Notes: generated by a model not told the origin, from the letters alone. DNA of 52,712 bases from a bacterium (GCA_016931355.1 JAFGEX010000360.1:1-52712), one strand, 5' to 3'; shown: positions 8,798-19,113, counted from the first letter of the stretch. Program-made: numbers and translations.

Positions 8798-9889
8798 TCA
8801 GTCCCCCAGGCATATCCCCAGGTCCCGCGCGGTCCTGATCAAGGAATGCCCGGGATCCACCAGGCGCATTTTTCCCCCAACCTCCTGTAAGGGTACAGAA
8901 ACAATGTCATTGCCTTTCAATGCGACCATGACTCCTGCTTCCTCCGAGAGGCAGATTTCCGCGGCTTTCACGCCGAAACGGGTCGCCAGAACCCTGTCAA
9001 AGGGGGTGGGCACACCTCCGCGCTGCAGATGGCCGAGCACCGTGACCCGGCTTTCCATTTTGGTGGCGGATTCCAGATCTGACGCGAGTTTCTGTCCGAT
9101 GCCCCCCAAACGTACAGGATCGAAACTCTCCTTGACCATGCGCTGAACAACCATTTCCCCGCCCAGCGGTTTTGCGCCCTCGGATACCACCACAATGCTG
9201 AATTGCCTTCCTTTTTTACTGCGCTCCCCGACCAGGGCGCGGATTTTGTCGAGATCATAGGGAATTTCGGGCAGCAAGATCACATCGCCCCCTCCGGCAA
9301 GTCCGGATTCCAGGGCCAGCCATCCGGCGTAGCGTCCCATGACCTCTACGACCATGATGCGGTGATGGGACATGGCGGTTGTGTGCAGCTTGTCTATGGC
9401 CTCGGCTGCTGTGGTCATGGCCGAATTGAAGCCGAATGTGATGTCCGTGCCCCAGATGTCGTTGTCAATGGTTTTGGGGACGCCCACAATGGGCATCCCT
9501 TTCTGCATGAGTTTCGAGGAGATGGCCATGGTCCCGTCCCCTCCGATGCAGACCAGGATGTCGAGTTTCAATTCGTTGAAATAGGAGACCAGCCGGTCGG
9601 AAACATCCCGCTTGGTCATGCGGCCCTTCTCATCCGGTTCGGCGTAATGGAAAGGATCCACCTTATTGGTGGTGCCCAAAATGGTCCCGCCCTGGACCAG
9701 AATGCCGGACGCATTGTCCCAGGTGAGCGGCATGATGCGGCGCTTGATCAGGCCGTCGAATCCGTCCAGGATGCCGACGAGCTCGGCGCCGGCGCGGTGA
9801 ATGGATGCCTTGACAACGCCGCGAATGACGGCGTTGAGGCCCGGACAGTCGCCGCCCCCTGTCAGTACGCCGATCCGTTTCTTTTTCAT
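8798..9889 (-). CDS. pfkA: 6-phosphofructokinase (ATP- or PPi-dependent; PfkA family)
   Basis: GVLTGGGDCPGLNAVIRG, IGGDGT, PKTIDND and MGRYAG motifs; 363 aa. Confidence 0.9.
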   Translation of the reverse strand: MKKKRIGVLTGGGDCPGLNAVIRGVVKASIHRAGAELVGILDGFDGLIKRRIMPLTWDNASGILVQGGTILGTTNKVDPFHYAEPDEKGRMTKRDVSDRLVSYFNELKLDILVCIGGDGTMAISSKLMQKGMPIVGVPKTIDNDIWGTDITFGFNSAMTTAAEAIDKLHTTAMSHHRIMVVEVMGRYAGWLALESGLAGGGDVILLPEIPYDLDKIRALVGERSKKGRQFSIVVVSEGAKPLGGEMVVQRMVKESFDPVRLGGIGQKLASDLESATKMESRVTVLGHLQRGGVPTPFDRVLATRFGVKAAEICLSEEAGVMVALKGNDIVSVPLQEVGGKMRLVDPGHSLIRTARDLGICLGD

Positions 9890-9979
9890 GGAGGTCCCTT
9901 GCGTGAATCTGTGTGTAAGCTCATTCCCCTGAGGCTCGCCGCGGTGGATGCGAGCGAATGGAAATGCCGTTTTCCTTAG

Positions 9980-10025
9980 AAATCAAAGATTCTCCGGCAA
10001 GCTCGTTGGCGGGGAGCTTCAATCC
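9980..10025. repeat. ~42-bp palindromic element (copy C)
   Basis: AAATCAAAGATTCTCCGGCAAGCTCGTTGGCGGGGAGCTTCAATCC. Confidence 0.6.
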
Positions 10026-10027
10026 TT

Positions 10028-10066
10028 AAAAAACCCCGGGCCTTGTGATGCGGGCCCGGGGTTTTT
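10028..10066 (-). terminator. rho-independent (bidirectional-looking) terminator after the lipoprotein gene; it insulates pfk
   Basis: AAAAAA-CCCCGGGCC-loop-GGCCCGGGG-TTTTT: a 9-bp GC stem flanked by A- and T-runs, about 50 nt downstream of the minus-strand stop at 10114. Confidence 0.8.
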
Positions 10067-10113
10067 CATGCCGTGTCTGAGACTGATGGAAGCTGCCGGA
10101 GCCGGATGACGTC

Positions 10114-11760
10114 TTATTGCAGCTTGTTGCAGATGCTGGCCGGCAGGTCCACGTTGTAGTAGATGTGATCTCCTTCAATCCGCGCGGCGCTGATGTTGAT
10201 GGACGCTTCGGGGATGAAGACGGTGAAATCCGCGGAGAAATCGAATGTCGCCTGGTAATACCTGCCGCGATAGTAAGTCATGAACGTGTACCGTTTCGGC
10301 ACTTCGAAATTGCAGATTTTGAGCACGCCGTCCCTGATGAAACCGGCGTATCTCCAGCGGGCGGTCCCGGCAGGCTTGAACCATACGGGTACGGTCGGGC
10401 GTATCTCCAGTTTTTTGCCCGGGCAGTATCCGGTTACATGGAATATTCTTTCGCGGAATGCCGTGTCCTCGAAATTGACGGTCAGGACGATCTCGCCGCT
10501 GATGCAGAGATTCTGAACAAAAACCGAACCCACGCGTCTGTGGAAGCGGTCATAGGCGATGATGTCAACAGGCAGGCCGTCCGGCGCCAGGTAGAACCGC
10601 ATCCAGTTCTGGCATTCCCAGAGGCCGAAATAGAAGCCGTAGCCCCTGGGTTTGATTTCGATCCACAGGCAGCCTGCGCAGGAGCTCGTTCCTTCGATGC
10701 GTATTCTCACGCTCCAGATGCAGATGCGCCATTTCCAGTCCAGATTCCAGAAGGAGAGATGCGTCACCTGCCAGGTCAATTCAAAATTCCCGTTGGCCTT
10801 GGGTCCTGTGACAGTCCCGATGCCTTCATACGTCCATTCGCCCGTTTCGGAGTCATAACTCCAGATTTTGATCTGATCGCCCGCCTTAATCGGCTGTCCG
10901 GTTTCCGGGTTGTTGGTTTCCGGAGGGATCTCCATGGTGATCGTGATGGGAGTTGAAAAATTTTCAGCCTCGCGGCCGCTTTGATCCGTCACTTCAAGGG
11001 AAATGAAACCTGCTGTGATGAAAGCCGCTTCCTCATACTGTCCTTCCTCGTTCGATGCGATGCGCACCGAGAATCCGCCGGGGAAGCTGCGCAGGGCTTC
11101 GTCCGAGAGGTTGCTGAAATATCCGATCTCGACCTTCAAATTCCCGGTCAGGGGGGCTCCGCTTTCATCCGTGATGATGGTTCCCTGTGGGATGACCACA
11201 TTGGCGGATGCGCCGCCGACCTGATCCGGATCCGTTTGTACCTCTATGTCCGCATTGACCCGGCCCTGATTATCCGCAGAGCCTGAACTGTTTTCCTTGA
11301 ACATGACGCCGTTGGGCGGATTGTCTTTTTCGACCATGAACAGGGTGTAAGGATGCCCGCCTGTGGAATCCACGGTGACGCTCAGACTGGTCGGGAGATA
11401 TCCTTCCGCTTCGGCGATGATCTGGAATTTAACCGGCGAGTCCGGGGTGGGCTCCACCCCCCTCTTGATCCCGAATGAGACGAGGCCTTCTTCCACATCA
11501 AACACATTGGTGATGTTGTTGTTCAAATCCACAACGAGGGCCTTGTCCTCGCCTTCGATTTTCAGCGAGATGGGATCCTCTATGGTTTCGTTGGATTTCG
11601 AATTGACGAAATCCACGGCCACCTGGGTGTTCAGCGGATCGAAATTGATGATCAGCTTCAGGTCATCCGCCGGATTCTTCACGCTGCAGGTCAGGGTTAC
11701 CGCGAGAAGGGCTGCGAGCGGAATCATCCGCAGCAGGGGGGAACGGAAATTCAGTTTCAT
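10114..11760 (-). CDS. large predicted lipoprotein of unknown function with a Trp/Cys/Arg/Tyr-rich C-terminal domain
   Basis: Signal peptide with an LTC lipobox (AVTLTCSV). I recognise no family motif. It starts 15 nt downstream of the OM beta-barrel gene. Confidence 0.6.
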   Translation of the reverse strand: MKLNFRSPLLRMIPLAALLAVTLTCSVKNPADDLKLIINFDPLNTQVAVDFVNSKSNETIEDPISLKIEGEDKALVVDLNNNITNVFDVEEGLVSFGIKRGVEPTPDSPVKFQIIAEAEGYLPTSLSVTVDSTGGHPYTLFMVEKDNPPNGVMFKENSSGSADNQGRVNADIEVQTDPDQVGGASANVVIPQGTIITDESGAPLTGNLKVEIGYFSNLSDEALRSFPGGFSVRIASNEEGQYEEAAFITAGFISLEVTDQSGREAENFSTPITITMEIPPETNNPETGQPIKAGDQIKIWSYDSETGEWTYEGIGTVTGPKANGNFELTWQVTHLSFWNLDWKWRICIWSVRIRIEGTSSCAGCLWIEIKPRGYGFYFGLWECQNWMRFYLAPDGLPVDIIAYDRFHRRVGSVFVQNLCISGEIVLTVNFEDTAFRERIFHVTGYCPGKKLEIRPTVPVWFKPAGTARWRYAGFIRDGVLKICNFEVPKRYTFMTYYRGRYYQATFDFSADFTVFIPEASINISAARIEGDHIYYNVDLPASICNKLQ

Positions 11761-11775
11761 GGAAGACCTCCTTCC

Positions 11776-12408
11776 TTAAAAACCGATGACCAGACCCAGC
11801 GAAAACACCGGGTAGAGTTTCAGCCCCTTGAGGTCTTCCTCGACCTGAGGAGCCTGTTCGGCCGTGGGTTCGATCATGCCGGTAGCCTGCATGGCGACTT
11901 TTGGAGAATTCATGTACAGGGCGCCGAGGTTCATGGCAAAACCGATGGTCCCGGCGGAGCGAAATCCCAAACCCAGGTAGGGGGCGAACTTGCTGAAATC
12001 AACAGCCACAGAGAAGTCGCCGAGTTCTTCGGGTGTATAGGTCGAATTGTCGTATTCCCGGGGTATGGAGGACATGCCGGACGCCTCGATCTTGTTGTTG
12101 TTGATGAATGCGCCGCCGCTCAGATAAAAACCGCCTCCCAGGAAATAGTCGGCCAGTATGGAAAAGGATTGCAGCTTCAGGTCGCCGCTGTATTTGATCC
12201 CGTACTCGTCATTTTCGGAATCGATGGAATAGGAGAAGAAATTGCCCCCGATACGTGCGGCCCACTTGGGCGAGAACGCCTTTGCCACATCCAACCCGAT
12301 GCCCATGGTCCCGGCCTGCACCGCTACGCTGAGGCCTGATGCGGCCATGACTGAAGAAGCCAATATCAGGCCGGCGGCCGAAATGATGCCGATTGATTTG
12401 AGCTTCAT
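11776..12408 (-). CDS. small outer-membrane beta-barrel protein (OmpW/OmpA-beta-barrel-like)
   Basis: Signal peptide ending VMA-AS, alternating amphipathic strands, a Gly/aromatic-rich composition, and a terminal ...GLVIGF with C-terminal Phe. AAGGGGGG RBS. Confidence 0.7.
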   Translation of the reverse strand: MKLKSIGIISAAGLILASSVMAASGLSVAVQAGTMGIGLDVAKAFSPKWAARIGGNFFSYSIDSENDEYGIKYSGDLKLQSFSILADYFLGGGFYLSGGAFINNNKIEASGMSSIPREYDNSTYTPEELGDFSVAVDFSKFAPYLGLGFRSAGTIGFAMNLGALYMNSPKVAMQATGMIEPTAEQAPQVEEDLKGLKLYPVFSLGLVIGF

Positions 12409-12481
12409 GTTGCCCCCCTTTATGGGATATGGATAGAGAATAAAAGAAATATACCCCCTGCAGCCAAAAAAAGCAAAGGAT

Positions 12482-13675
12482 TTATTTTTTGATCACGCCG
12501 AGTTTTTCGCCCACCTTCGAGAAGGCTGCGACGGCCCTGTCCAGATGGTCCCGGTTGTGGGATGCGGAGATCTGAACCCTGATTCTGGCCTGGCCTTTCG
12601 GCACCACGGGATAGCTGAAACCAATGACATAGATGCCGTGTTCAAGCAGCGCATCAGCCATTTGATGGGCCAGGGCTTCATCCTGGAGCATGATCGGACA
12701 GATGGGATGAACGCCGGGCTTGATCTGGAAACCGGCCTTTTTCATGTTTTCCCGGAACCAGGACGTGTTGGTCTCGAGACTTTCCCTGAGAGTTGTGGTT
12801 CCGGAAAGCAGGTCCAGCACGGCCAGGGTTGTGCCTGCCACAACCGGGCAGAGCGAGTTTGAAAACAGATAGGGTCTGCTTCTCTGCCGGAGCAGAGAGA
12901 TGATTTCCGCTCTTCCGGACACGCAGCCTCCGGATGCGCCGCCGAGCGCTTTGCCGAATGTCGTGGTGATCAGATCCACCCGGCCCTCCACTCCGCAATG
13001 CTCCGGCGTCCCCCTTCCGCTTTTCCCGATGAATCCGGTGGCATGGCTGTCGTCCACCAGCACCAGGGCATCGTACCGGTCTGCCAGGCCGCAAATGGAT
13101 TTGAGATCCGCGATTTCGCCGTCCATGGAGAACACGCCGTCCGTGGCGATCAGGCGGCGTCTGGCGCCTGAGGCCTGCTTCAATTTTTCTTCAAGGTCCT
13201 GCATGTCGCCGTGGGCGTAAATCAATCTTTCGGCCTTGGTCAGCCGGATGCCGTCTATGAGAGAAGCGTGGTTGAGCGAGTCTGCGAGCACAGCGCATTC
13301 CTTGTCCAGAAGCGGTTCGAACACGCCGCCGTTCGCATCGAAACAGGCTGCATACAGAATGGTGTCCCCTGTCCCGAGAAATTCCGACAGTTTTTTCTCC
13401 AGATCCTTGTGAACGGTCTGAGTGCCGCAGATGAAACGAACGGATGAAAGCCCGAAACCCCAGCGGTCCAGGGCCTTGTGTGCGGCCTCTATCACCTTGG
13501 GATGGCTGCTCAAACCGAGGTAATTGTTCGCGCAGAAATTGAGTACGGTCCTGCCGCCGGGCAGCGTGATTTCCACTGCCTGCGGGCTGTTGATCACACG
13601 CTCCGTTTTATATAATCCGGCGCTGCGTATGGTCTCTATTTCATCCCGTATCTCCTTCAGGACCCGGTCACGCAT
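12482..13675 (-). CDS. kbl: glycine C-acetyltransferase (2-amino-3-ketobutyrate CoA ligase)
   Basis: Near-colinear with my recollection of E. coli Kbl: NFCANNYLGL, VRFICGTQ, CFDANGG, LNHASLIDG, DGVFSMDG, DDSHATGF, TFGKALGGASGG, RPYLFSNS. Confidence 0.92.
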   Translation of the reverse strand: MRDRVLKEIRDEIETIRSAGLYKTERVINSPQAVEITLPGGRTVLNFCANNYLGLSSHPKVIEAAHKALDRWGFGLSSVRFICGTQTVHKDLEKKLSEFLGTGDTILYAACFDANGGVFEPLLDKECAVLADSLNHASLIDGIRLTKAERLIYAHGDMQDLEEKLKQASGARRRLIATDGVFSMDGEIADLKSICGLADRYDALVLVDDSHATGFIGKSGRGTPEHCGVEGRVDLITTTFGKALGGASGGCVSGRAEIISLLRQRSRPYLFSNSLCPVVAGTTLAVLDLLSGTTTLRESLETNTSWFRENMKKAGFQIKPGVHPICPIMLQDEALAHQMADALLEHGIYVIGFSYPVVPKGQARIRVQISASHNRDHLDRAVAAFSKVGEKLGVIKK

Positions 13676-14657
13676 CTTTTCCGCCTCCTTTCGGTTTGAC
13701 GCTCAGCATGCAGGCTTTTTTGATCTTCAGGTCCTGTTCGGTCAGGTGCCGGAATGAAGGGGCAAGCCGGCCGGTCCTGATTCCGGATTCATCCATGACT
13801 TTCCTGTCCATCAGGGGGAGAAAACCGTTTTCCTTTGCAAGGCGCACATGCGTGGAGAAAGGCTCACGGTTGATGAGAAACGGCCTTTTCCCCCGGATGC
13901 ATTTCCAGAGAAACGGCGAATAGGACCAGTGTTCATTCCAGACATCGGTGAGGCGATGGCTGCTGAAGTCGATGACATGCGACATATGGCCGCCGGGCTT
14001 CAGCCACCGGAAAAGCGCCCGGTAGGTCATGGCCAAACCGTCCACATGCTCGAGAACGGCCTGGGAGATGATGAAGTCCACGGAGTTTTCAGGCAGCACG
14101 GCGGAATCTGTCCAGGGGACTGCGTAGGAGAGGCAGGAAGACGTTTCCGGTGAGCCGAGACTGCGTATGGCCTTGCGGATGCGGGTCAGCCTCTCTTTTT
14201 GAAGAGCGGTTTTGATTTGTCCAGCAGAGTACAAATCCGACGGGAATGAATAGGATTCGAGAGCAGGGAGCACCTCCGGAAATTCGGAGTCATCCGGAAC
14301 CGGCTCCCTGCGCGAAAAGAGTTGGATCAGTTCCTCGAATATCTTTTCGTTTCTCTCCGCATCCGCATATGCCACCACGTCCAGCGCATAACAGGTTTCG
14401 GATCCGGAGATCAGGCCTGCCAGGCCGATGCCGAGCGAATCCCCGGGCCCGAGTTCCGCGATCACCTGCGGCGCATCTGTGAATCCGCTTTTCCCGGCCA
14501 GGACGCGATGCCTGAGCCAGACGGAATAGCAGTACCTTGCTGAAACAGTCCCGCCCGTACCTTTCGAACGCAGCTTGTACACGCCGGGGATATAGGTGGC
14601 CAGGCCGAAAATCAGGGGTCCGGGACGCATGTCAGTGTTCCATTCCTTTCTTGGCAT
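13668..14657 (-). CDS. class I SAM-dependent methyltransferase
   Basis: Motif I ELGPGDSLG, plus VLEHV and LKPGG motifs. Its stop overlaps the kbl start (ATGCGTGA). An alternative ATG at 14630 lies 1 nt after the GH127 stop. Confidence 0.75.
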   Translation of the reverse strand: MPRKEWNTDMRPGPLIFGLATYIPGVYKLRSKGTGGTVSARYCYSVWLRHRVLAGKSGFTDAPQVIAELGPGDSLGIGLAGLISGSETCYALDVVAYADAERNEKIFEELIQLFSRREPVPDDSEFPEVLPALESYSFPSDLYSAGQIKTALQKERLTRIRKAIRSLGSPETSSCLSYAVPWTDSAVLPENSVDFIISQAVLEHVDGLAMTYRALFRWLKPGGHMSHVIDFSSHRLTDVWNEHWSYSPFLWKCIRGKRPFLINREPFSTHVRLAKENGFLPLMDRKVMDESGIRTGRLAPSFRHLTEQDLKIKKACMLSVKPKGGGKDA

Positions 14658-16677
14658 CCGTTATGATGATGGGGAAACAGGACAACCGCAGCCTGGCGCA
14701 TCCCATGGGTATGAGCCGTATTTTCTCAACCGGTTCTGCTGAATAAACAGGACTTGCTGGCAGTTCGCCGATCATGCGGCCGTCCCAGGTCCATTGGGGT
14801 ATTTTGCTTGCCTTCGCGGACAATTCGATGGGAGCCTGATTCGGCGTAAACGGCTGTCCGGAAACGGGCTTCTCCTCAGCGATGGATACGAAAGATTCAG
14901 GCTGTTCAGGGTCCAGAATCAGTCCGTAATTCCATGCGGAAGCAGGATGAATTTCCCATGCGGGCCATTCTTCGCTGCCGCCGTACCGTTTCCATTCCTC
15001 ATCGATTTTTAAGGAAAACCAGAGCGACCCGCGCCGCAAGGACACCGCGTTCTTCATTTTATCCCATTTTTTCACCTGAATGCTCATGGGCAATATCAGT
15101 CTGATCCTGTCGCCGTTTTCCCAGTTTCCGTCCAGGACCAGGTACTGTCCGGGCCTGCCTGTGATTCCGGTTTCCCTTCCGTTCACCAGGCATACAGAGC
15201 TGCCGGACCATTCCGGTATGCGCAGGTAAATGGGAAAACGAGCTGGATCTTCCAGGGTCAACTGCATTTCTACAGAATCGCTGAAAGGATAATCGGTTGC
15301 GACGTGCAGGGTCAGGGCCGCTCCATCTGCGACTTCGGCCTTTACCGTACAGGCGGAGTAAAACACTGCGGCCAGCCCATTGTCGAGCGTGGCCATCCAG
15401 AGATGCTCGGTGTAGTAAGGCCATCCGAATCCCGCATTGTGCTGGCAGCACCTGTAGGAACGCGGGTCATAGGATAAAAGCGTGCCGCGGTTTTCGAAAT
15501 CGTGCAGTCCGGAACTGTCGCAGCCGGCCAGGTTGGGGGCTGTCAGGTAATGAAGGGCCTTTAAATCCGGCGTCATGGACGCAGGCAGGGAATTGAATGC
15601 GATTTCCTCGCAGCGGTCCGCCCAATGGATGTCCCCCGTGATCTTGAGCAGCTCCTCATGGCTGTGCATGAACTCGACCATGGAGCAGGTCTCTGCTCCC
15701 TGCCTCGGATCCGCGTACCCTGGCCTTATGTTCTCGTCCGCAGCGAACATACCGCCCGGCTGCATGCCGTATGCATCCATGATCAGGCGGTAATTTTTTT
15801 CAGCGGCCTGTATATCCGCTGCATCTCCGGACTGCTGATAATAAACGGCAGGATAGCGGAATCCCATGGTGATGTTCACGCCGTGATAAAACCCGCTCGG
15901 TTCCCAGTTCCGGTCGCGTTCCGGAGTGAGTATCGGGGATGCCCAGTCATGCGTGCCTTTATACACGCGCTCCGCCAGGTTCAGCAGAAAGCCGTCTCCT
16001 GTCCTGTTGTACAGCCAGTAAATGCTTTCCAGGTTTTCGCCGCCGCGGTATTTCTGCCAGGACCCGGGAAGCAGGCTGTCCGCCGGGAGGGTTGTTTGAA
16101 ATTGGAAGTAGCGGGTCATGAAGGGGAGCACGCGTTTGTCGCCTGTCGCCTCATGCAGGCTGCGCAGGGCTTGCAGCATGACCATGTTCGGCCAGAGATC
16201 GCGGACTTTTTTGTTATAGGCAGGCCCGAAATAACCGTCCGCGTCCTGGCTGGACAATGCTGCATCCAGCCACATCCCTGCCTGATGAATGATCGAAGAA
16301 TCCCCGAGCACGTATCCGAGATCCCCGAATCCCTTGAGCCAGTAAGGCATTTCCTCCCACCCGCTCCCCTTTCCTCCAAGCCAGGCATTGTCAGGGCCGA
16401 GGAAACGGCTCAGTTCGGACAGCCTGCCCGTGAAACCGTCCCTCTCCAGTTCCAGTTGTTTCCGTAACCAGCCTTCAGGCCTGATGCTTCCGATGGGAAG
16501 CTTCACCAGCGGATTGGGGGCAAGCGGTTTGCGCGTGGACACATAATGGCGGTTTGTCCCTGTCTCCGGAGGAACCTGCACCCATTTGCATTTGATTTCA
16601 GCATCGTACCTGTTTGCACAGCGCAAAAGGCTCAGGCAAAGAGCCAGATGGAAGACAATCAGCAGTTTTCCTTTCAT
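14632..16677 (-). CDS. GH127-family (DUF1680) beta-L-arabinofuranosidase-like glycoside hydrolase, secreted
   Basis: N-terminal signal peptide. E-T-C (AETCSMV) and CCQHN motifs match the Glu/Cys3 zinc site and cysteine nucleophile known for GH127 HypBA1. Confidence 0.75.
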   Translation of the reverse strand: MKGKLLIVFHLALCLSLLRCANRYDAEIKCKWVQVPPETGTNRHYVSTRKPLAPNPLVKLPIGSIRPEGWLRKQLELERDGFTGRLSELSRFLGPDNAWLGGKGSGWEEMPYWLKGFGDLGYVLGDSSIIHQAGMWLDAALSSQDADGYFGPAYNKKVRDLWPNMVMLQALRSLHEATGDKRVLPFMTRYFQFQTTLPADSLLPGSWQKYRGGENLESIYWLYNRTGDGFLLNLAERVYKGTHDWASPILTPERDRNWEPSGFYHGVNITMGFRYPAVYYQQSGDAADIQAAEKNYRLIMDAYGMQPGGMFAADENIRPGYADPRQGAETCSMVEFMHSHEELLKITGDIHWADRCEEIAFNSLPASMTPDLKALHYLTAPNLAGCDSSGLHDFENRGTLLSYDPRSYRCCQHNAGFGWPYYTEHLWMATLDNGLAAVFYSACTVKAEVADGAALTLHVATDYPFSDSVEMQLTLEDPARFPIYLRIPEWSGSSVCLVNGRETGITGRPGQYLVLDGNWENGDRIRLILPMSIQVKKWDKMKNAVSLRRGSLWFSLKIDEEWKRYGGSEEWPAWEIHPASAWNYGLILDPEQPESFVSIAEEKPVSGQPFTPNQAPIELSAKASKIPQWTWDGRMIGELPASPVYSAEPVEKIRLIPMGCARLRLSCFPIIITDAKKGMEH

Positions 16678-16697
16678 GACCGGCCCTTTTCAGCGTG

Positions 16698-18815
16698 TCA
16701 ATAGAATATGGCGGGTATGCGCTCCGGCTGCTGATCGAACGGCTTCAGGACGCCGGAGGCCAAGCCGTACAGCCTGTCATGCGTGCGCTTCATGGCGCCG
16801 GTCAGATCCGTGTAAGGCATATTGCATATATCCACCAGGCCGATGTTGTAATTTTCTCCGTCGAAACGGCCCAGTACAGGCTGGTCGTTCAGCTGGAAAT
16901 AATGAATGCCCACCAGTCCGGGCAATACCGCGCCCTGCTCCACGTAATACCTGTACGCTGCGCCCCTGTCCGCCTGGTCGGGCACGCCCCGTATGCCTGT
17001 TGCAGGCAGCCCCATGTCCAGGGCTCCGAAATGGAATTCCCCGATCATGACCGGCCTGCCCGTGCGCCGGACGATTTCCGCGATCACCTTTTCGTCCGGC
17101 TTTTCCGAGTACGAATTGATCGAAAACACATCGAAGTATTTGCCGCCCCTGTAGCAGAGTTCCGAGCTGATCCAGGCGTAGCGGATGCCGAGGTTCAGAT
17201 GATTCCGGTCCACTTTTCGCAGGGCCTCGACTGGATGCTTCAGGTATTCATCCACCAGAACAGCTGAAAATTCCCGGAGATCCGCCTCCGCGTTCGCCGA
17301 AAGCGAGGCCGCGTCCAGAACGGCCAGGGTTTCAAGCGATTCAAAGGAATCGAAACCGCGTTTCCAGGATTTGGAAAAGGCTTCTATATCGTCCCTGTAT
17401 TTTTTCCTGAGCCACCCGGCGAGCTCCTTTCGCGAGGCAGAAGGCTGCGTGGTAGCCAGCATTTCCGATGCGATGATGTTGTCCCCGAATGCCCAGAGAG
17501 GTTCATTGGCCAGGAAATATCCGATCAGATAAGGATCATCTTTCAATTCCTCCATCTGCCCGGAAAATTCCAGGGATGCGGTCCTGTATTCAGGTGAAAA
17601 CACGTCCGGGAAGTCGCGGTAGAGTTTGACCTGCGTGGAAGGGAAGCCACGCAGAGGCAGCACCCACGGCAGCGCAGCGCTGCCGGCGAATCCCCTGTCA
17701 GACCAGTTTCCGACCGTGTTGAATCCGTTTTGCCTGAGAAGCCCGGAAGTCATCTCCAGCCATTTGTTCTCCCAATCGTCCGAAAAGGCCCGGATCAGGT
17801 TTGCGGTCAGATAACTGAATCCTCCTCTGCGGCCTTCGAAGGCTGAAGCGAAACCGCCCTTTTCCTCAGGCAGCCATTCCAGAAGGTCCTCCATGCCCTG
17901 AACCGGCCCTTCGGCCGAAGGCCTGCACACATCCACACCTGCGCTGAAAAAGGCGCATCCGTCCGGGTCCACGAGCCACCAGCGCCTGCCGTCATGCTCC
18001 GTGCGGAAAAAGCCGGTGGATTCGAAACGTTTCAGCTTCCATCCGCCGTATTGGCTCCAGGAATCCGGGAAAGACGCGTCTTTCACCTGCTGATGCAGGC
18101 CCTGTATTTTCTCCACCAGCTCCTTTTCATTGCTGATTTTGCCGGGCCAGTCGCGCGCTTTCCATTGCCCGAATGCATCCACAACCGGTTTTTCATCAGG
18201 CAGAGGGGACGGCTTTTCGAGGGTCAGGCGGAGGCTGGAGATCCAGAGGTCTGTTTTAAATCCCGCTTCATTCGGTTCGAGCCCGACTGTCACGGCAGAG
18301 AGAGAATCCAGGGGAAGACGCCTGCCCGGCATGGTGCCCTTGAGCTGCCTTGCGAATCGCTGCATGAAAAAGGTCTGGCCGTCCAGGTATTCCAGGGGGA
18401 GGATGATGCGCGTCCGGAGTTCGGGCAGCACTCCGATCTTGGATGATATCCTGGGAGCGGCCCCTTCGTTTTTGCGGAAAAAATGAAAATACAGGATTGC
18501 GCTGTGCCGGTTTTCATGCCGGACGTCGGCGACCAGGTATTTGGCCTGATTCCAGGGGATTTCGTCCGGGCCGGGCAGATGCAGTTCCAAGCCGGGCTGC
18601 GGCTTCAGATGCAGGGCCTTGACGCCGGATGCGGGATCAACCGACCACACGGCGCATTCCGCCTGCTGTTCAGCCATTGCCTGCAGGTCCGCGTTCCAGA
18701 GCGTGTTGGAGGCGGGTTCAATATCCGTTTTCGAACAGGAGAGCAGCATGACGATGAAGCAAAAAAACACGGCTGCAATCCGATGCATTCGAGCTCGGGA
18801 TGGATGATGGTTCAT
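16698..18815 (-). CDS. predicted lipoprotein glycoside hydrolase, (beta/alpha)8 clan GH-A-like; family not assignable by eye
   Basis: LLSC lipobox. FLANEPLW (NEP acid/base-like) and MIGEFHF (nucleophile-like) motifs. AAGGAG RBS. Confidence 0.55.
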   Translation of the reverse strand: MNHHPSRARMHRIAAVFFCFIVMLLSCSKTDIEPASNTLWNADLQAMAEQQAECAVWSVDPASGVKALHLKPQPGLELHLPGPDEIPWNQAKYLVADVRHENRHSAILYFHFFRKNEGAAPRISSKIGVLPELRTRIILPLEYLDGQTFFMQRFARQLKGTMPGRRLPLDSLSAVTVGLEPNEAGFKTDLWISSLRLTLEKPSPLPDEKPVVDAFGQWKARDWPGKISNEKELVEKIQGLHQQVKDASFPDSWSQYGGWKLKRFESTGFFRTEHDGRRWWLVDPDGCAFFSAGVDVCRPSAEGPVQGMEDLLEWLPEEKGGFASAFEGRRGGFSYLTANLIRAFSDDWENKWLEMTSGLLRQNGFNTVGNWSDRGFAGSAALPWVLPLRGFPSTQVKLYRDFPDVFSPEYRTASLEFSGQMEELKDDPYLIGYFLANEPLWAFGDNIIASEMLATTQPSASRKELAGWLRKKYRDDIEAFSKSWKRGFDSFESLETLAVLDAASLSANAEADLREFSAVLVDEYLKHPVEALRKVDRNHLNLGIRYAWISSELCYRGGKYFDVFSINSYSEKPDEKVIAEIVRRTGRPVMIGEFHFGALDMGLPATGIRGVPDQADRGAAYRYYVEQGAVLPGLVGIHYFQLNDQPVLGRFDGENYNIGLVDICNMPYTDLTGAMKRTHDRLYGLASGVLKPFDQQPERIPAIFY

Positions 18816-18990
18816 GTCTGTACTCCTTCGGTTTCTTTATCGGAAAATGTCAAAACGGAAGGTCAATGTCAAGGGAAAACAGGATGGAGGATCCCGGAAG
18901 AATCCGGCGGCGAGCGAATTCACTGCGTATTGCCGCCTCCCCGTATTTTTCGCCCAGCTGCGCGGGGCCCAGAATGACGTTTCTATTGTT

Positions 18991-19059
18991 GTCCTGAGGG
19001 TTTTTGCCGCTGAAACATCAGGAAAGAATGGATTCCCGCCAAAAGATTGCGGGAATGAC
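18991..19059. repeat. two head-to-head hairpin repeats of the GTCAT(C/T)CC...GGA(A/T)TCC class
   Basis: GTCCTGAGGG...CAGGAAAGAATGG is followed by GGATTCCCGCCAAAAGATTGCGGGAATGAC (7-bp stem TTCCCGC/GCGGGAA). Confidence 0.5.
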
Positions 19060-19113
19060 GTCGGGTTTGTGAATAACCGCGACGCTTTTTCAAGGTGTCA
19101 ACGAAAATGGAAT

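Noticed and set aside
12409-12481. Sigma54-type promoter (TTGGCTGCAG...) upstream of the OM beta-barrel gene, with a similar TTGGCTGCAG near 31335-31350 upstream of moxR.
   Set aside because: The GC dinucleotide is not at the required 10-nt distance from GG (no TGGCAC-N5-TTGC). The shared string is essentially a CTGCAG coincidence.
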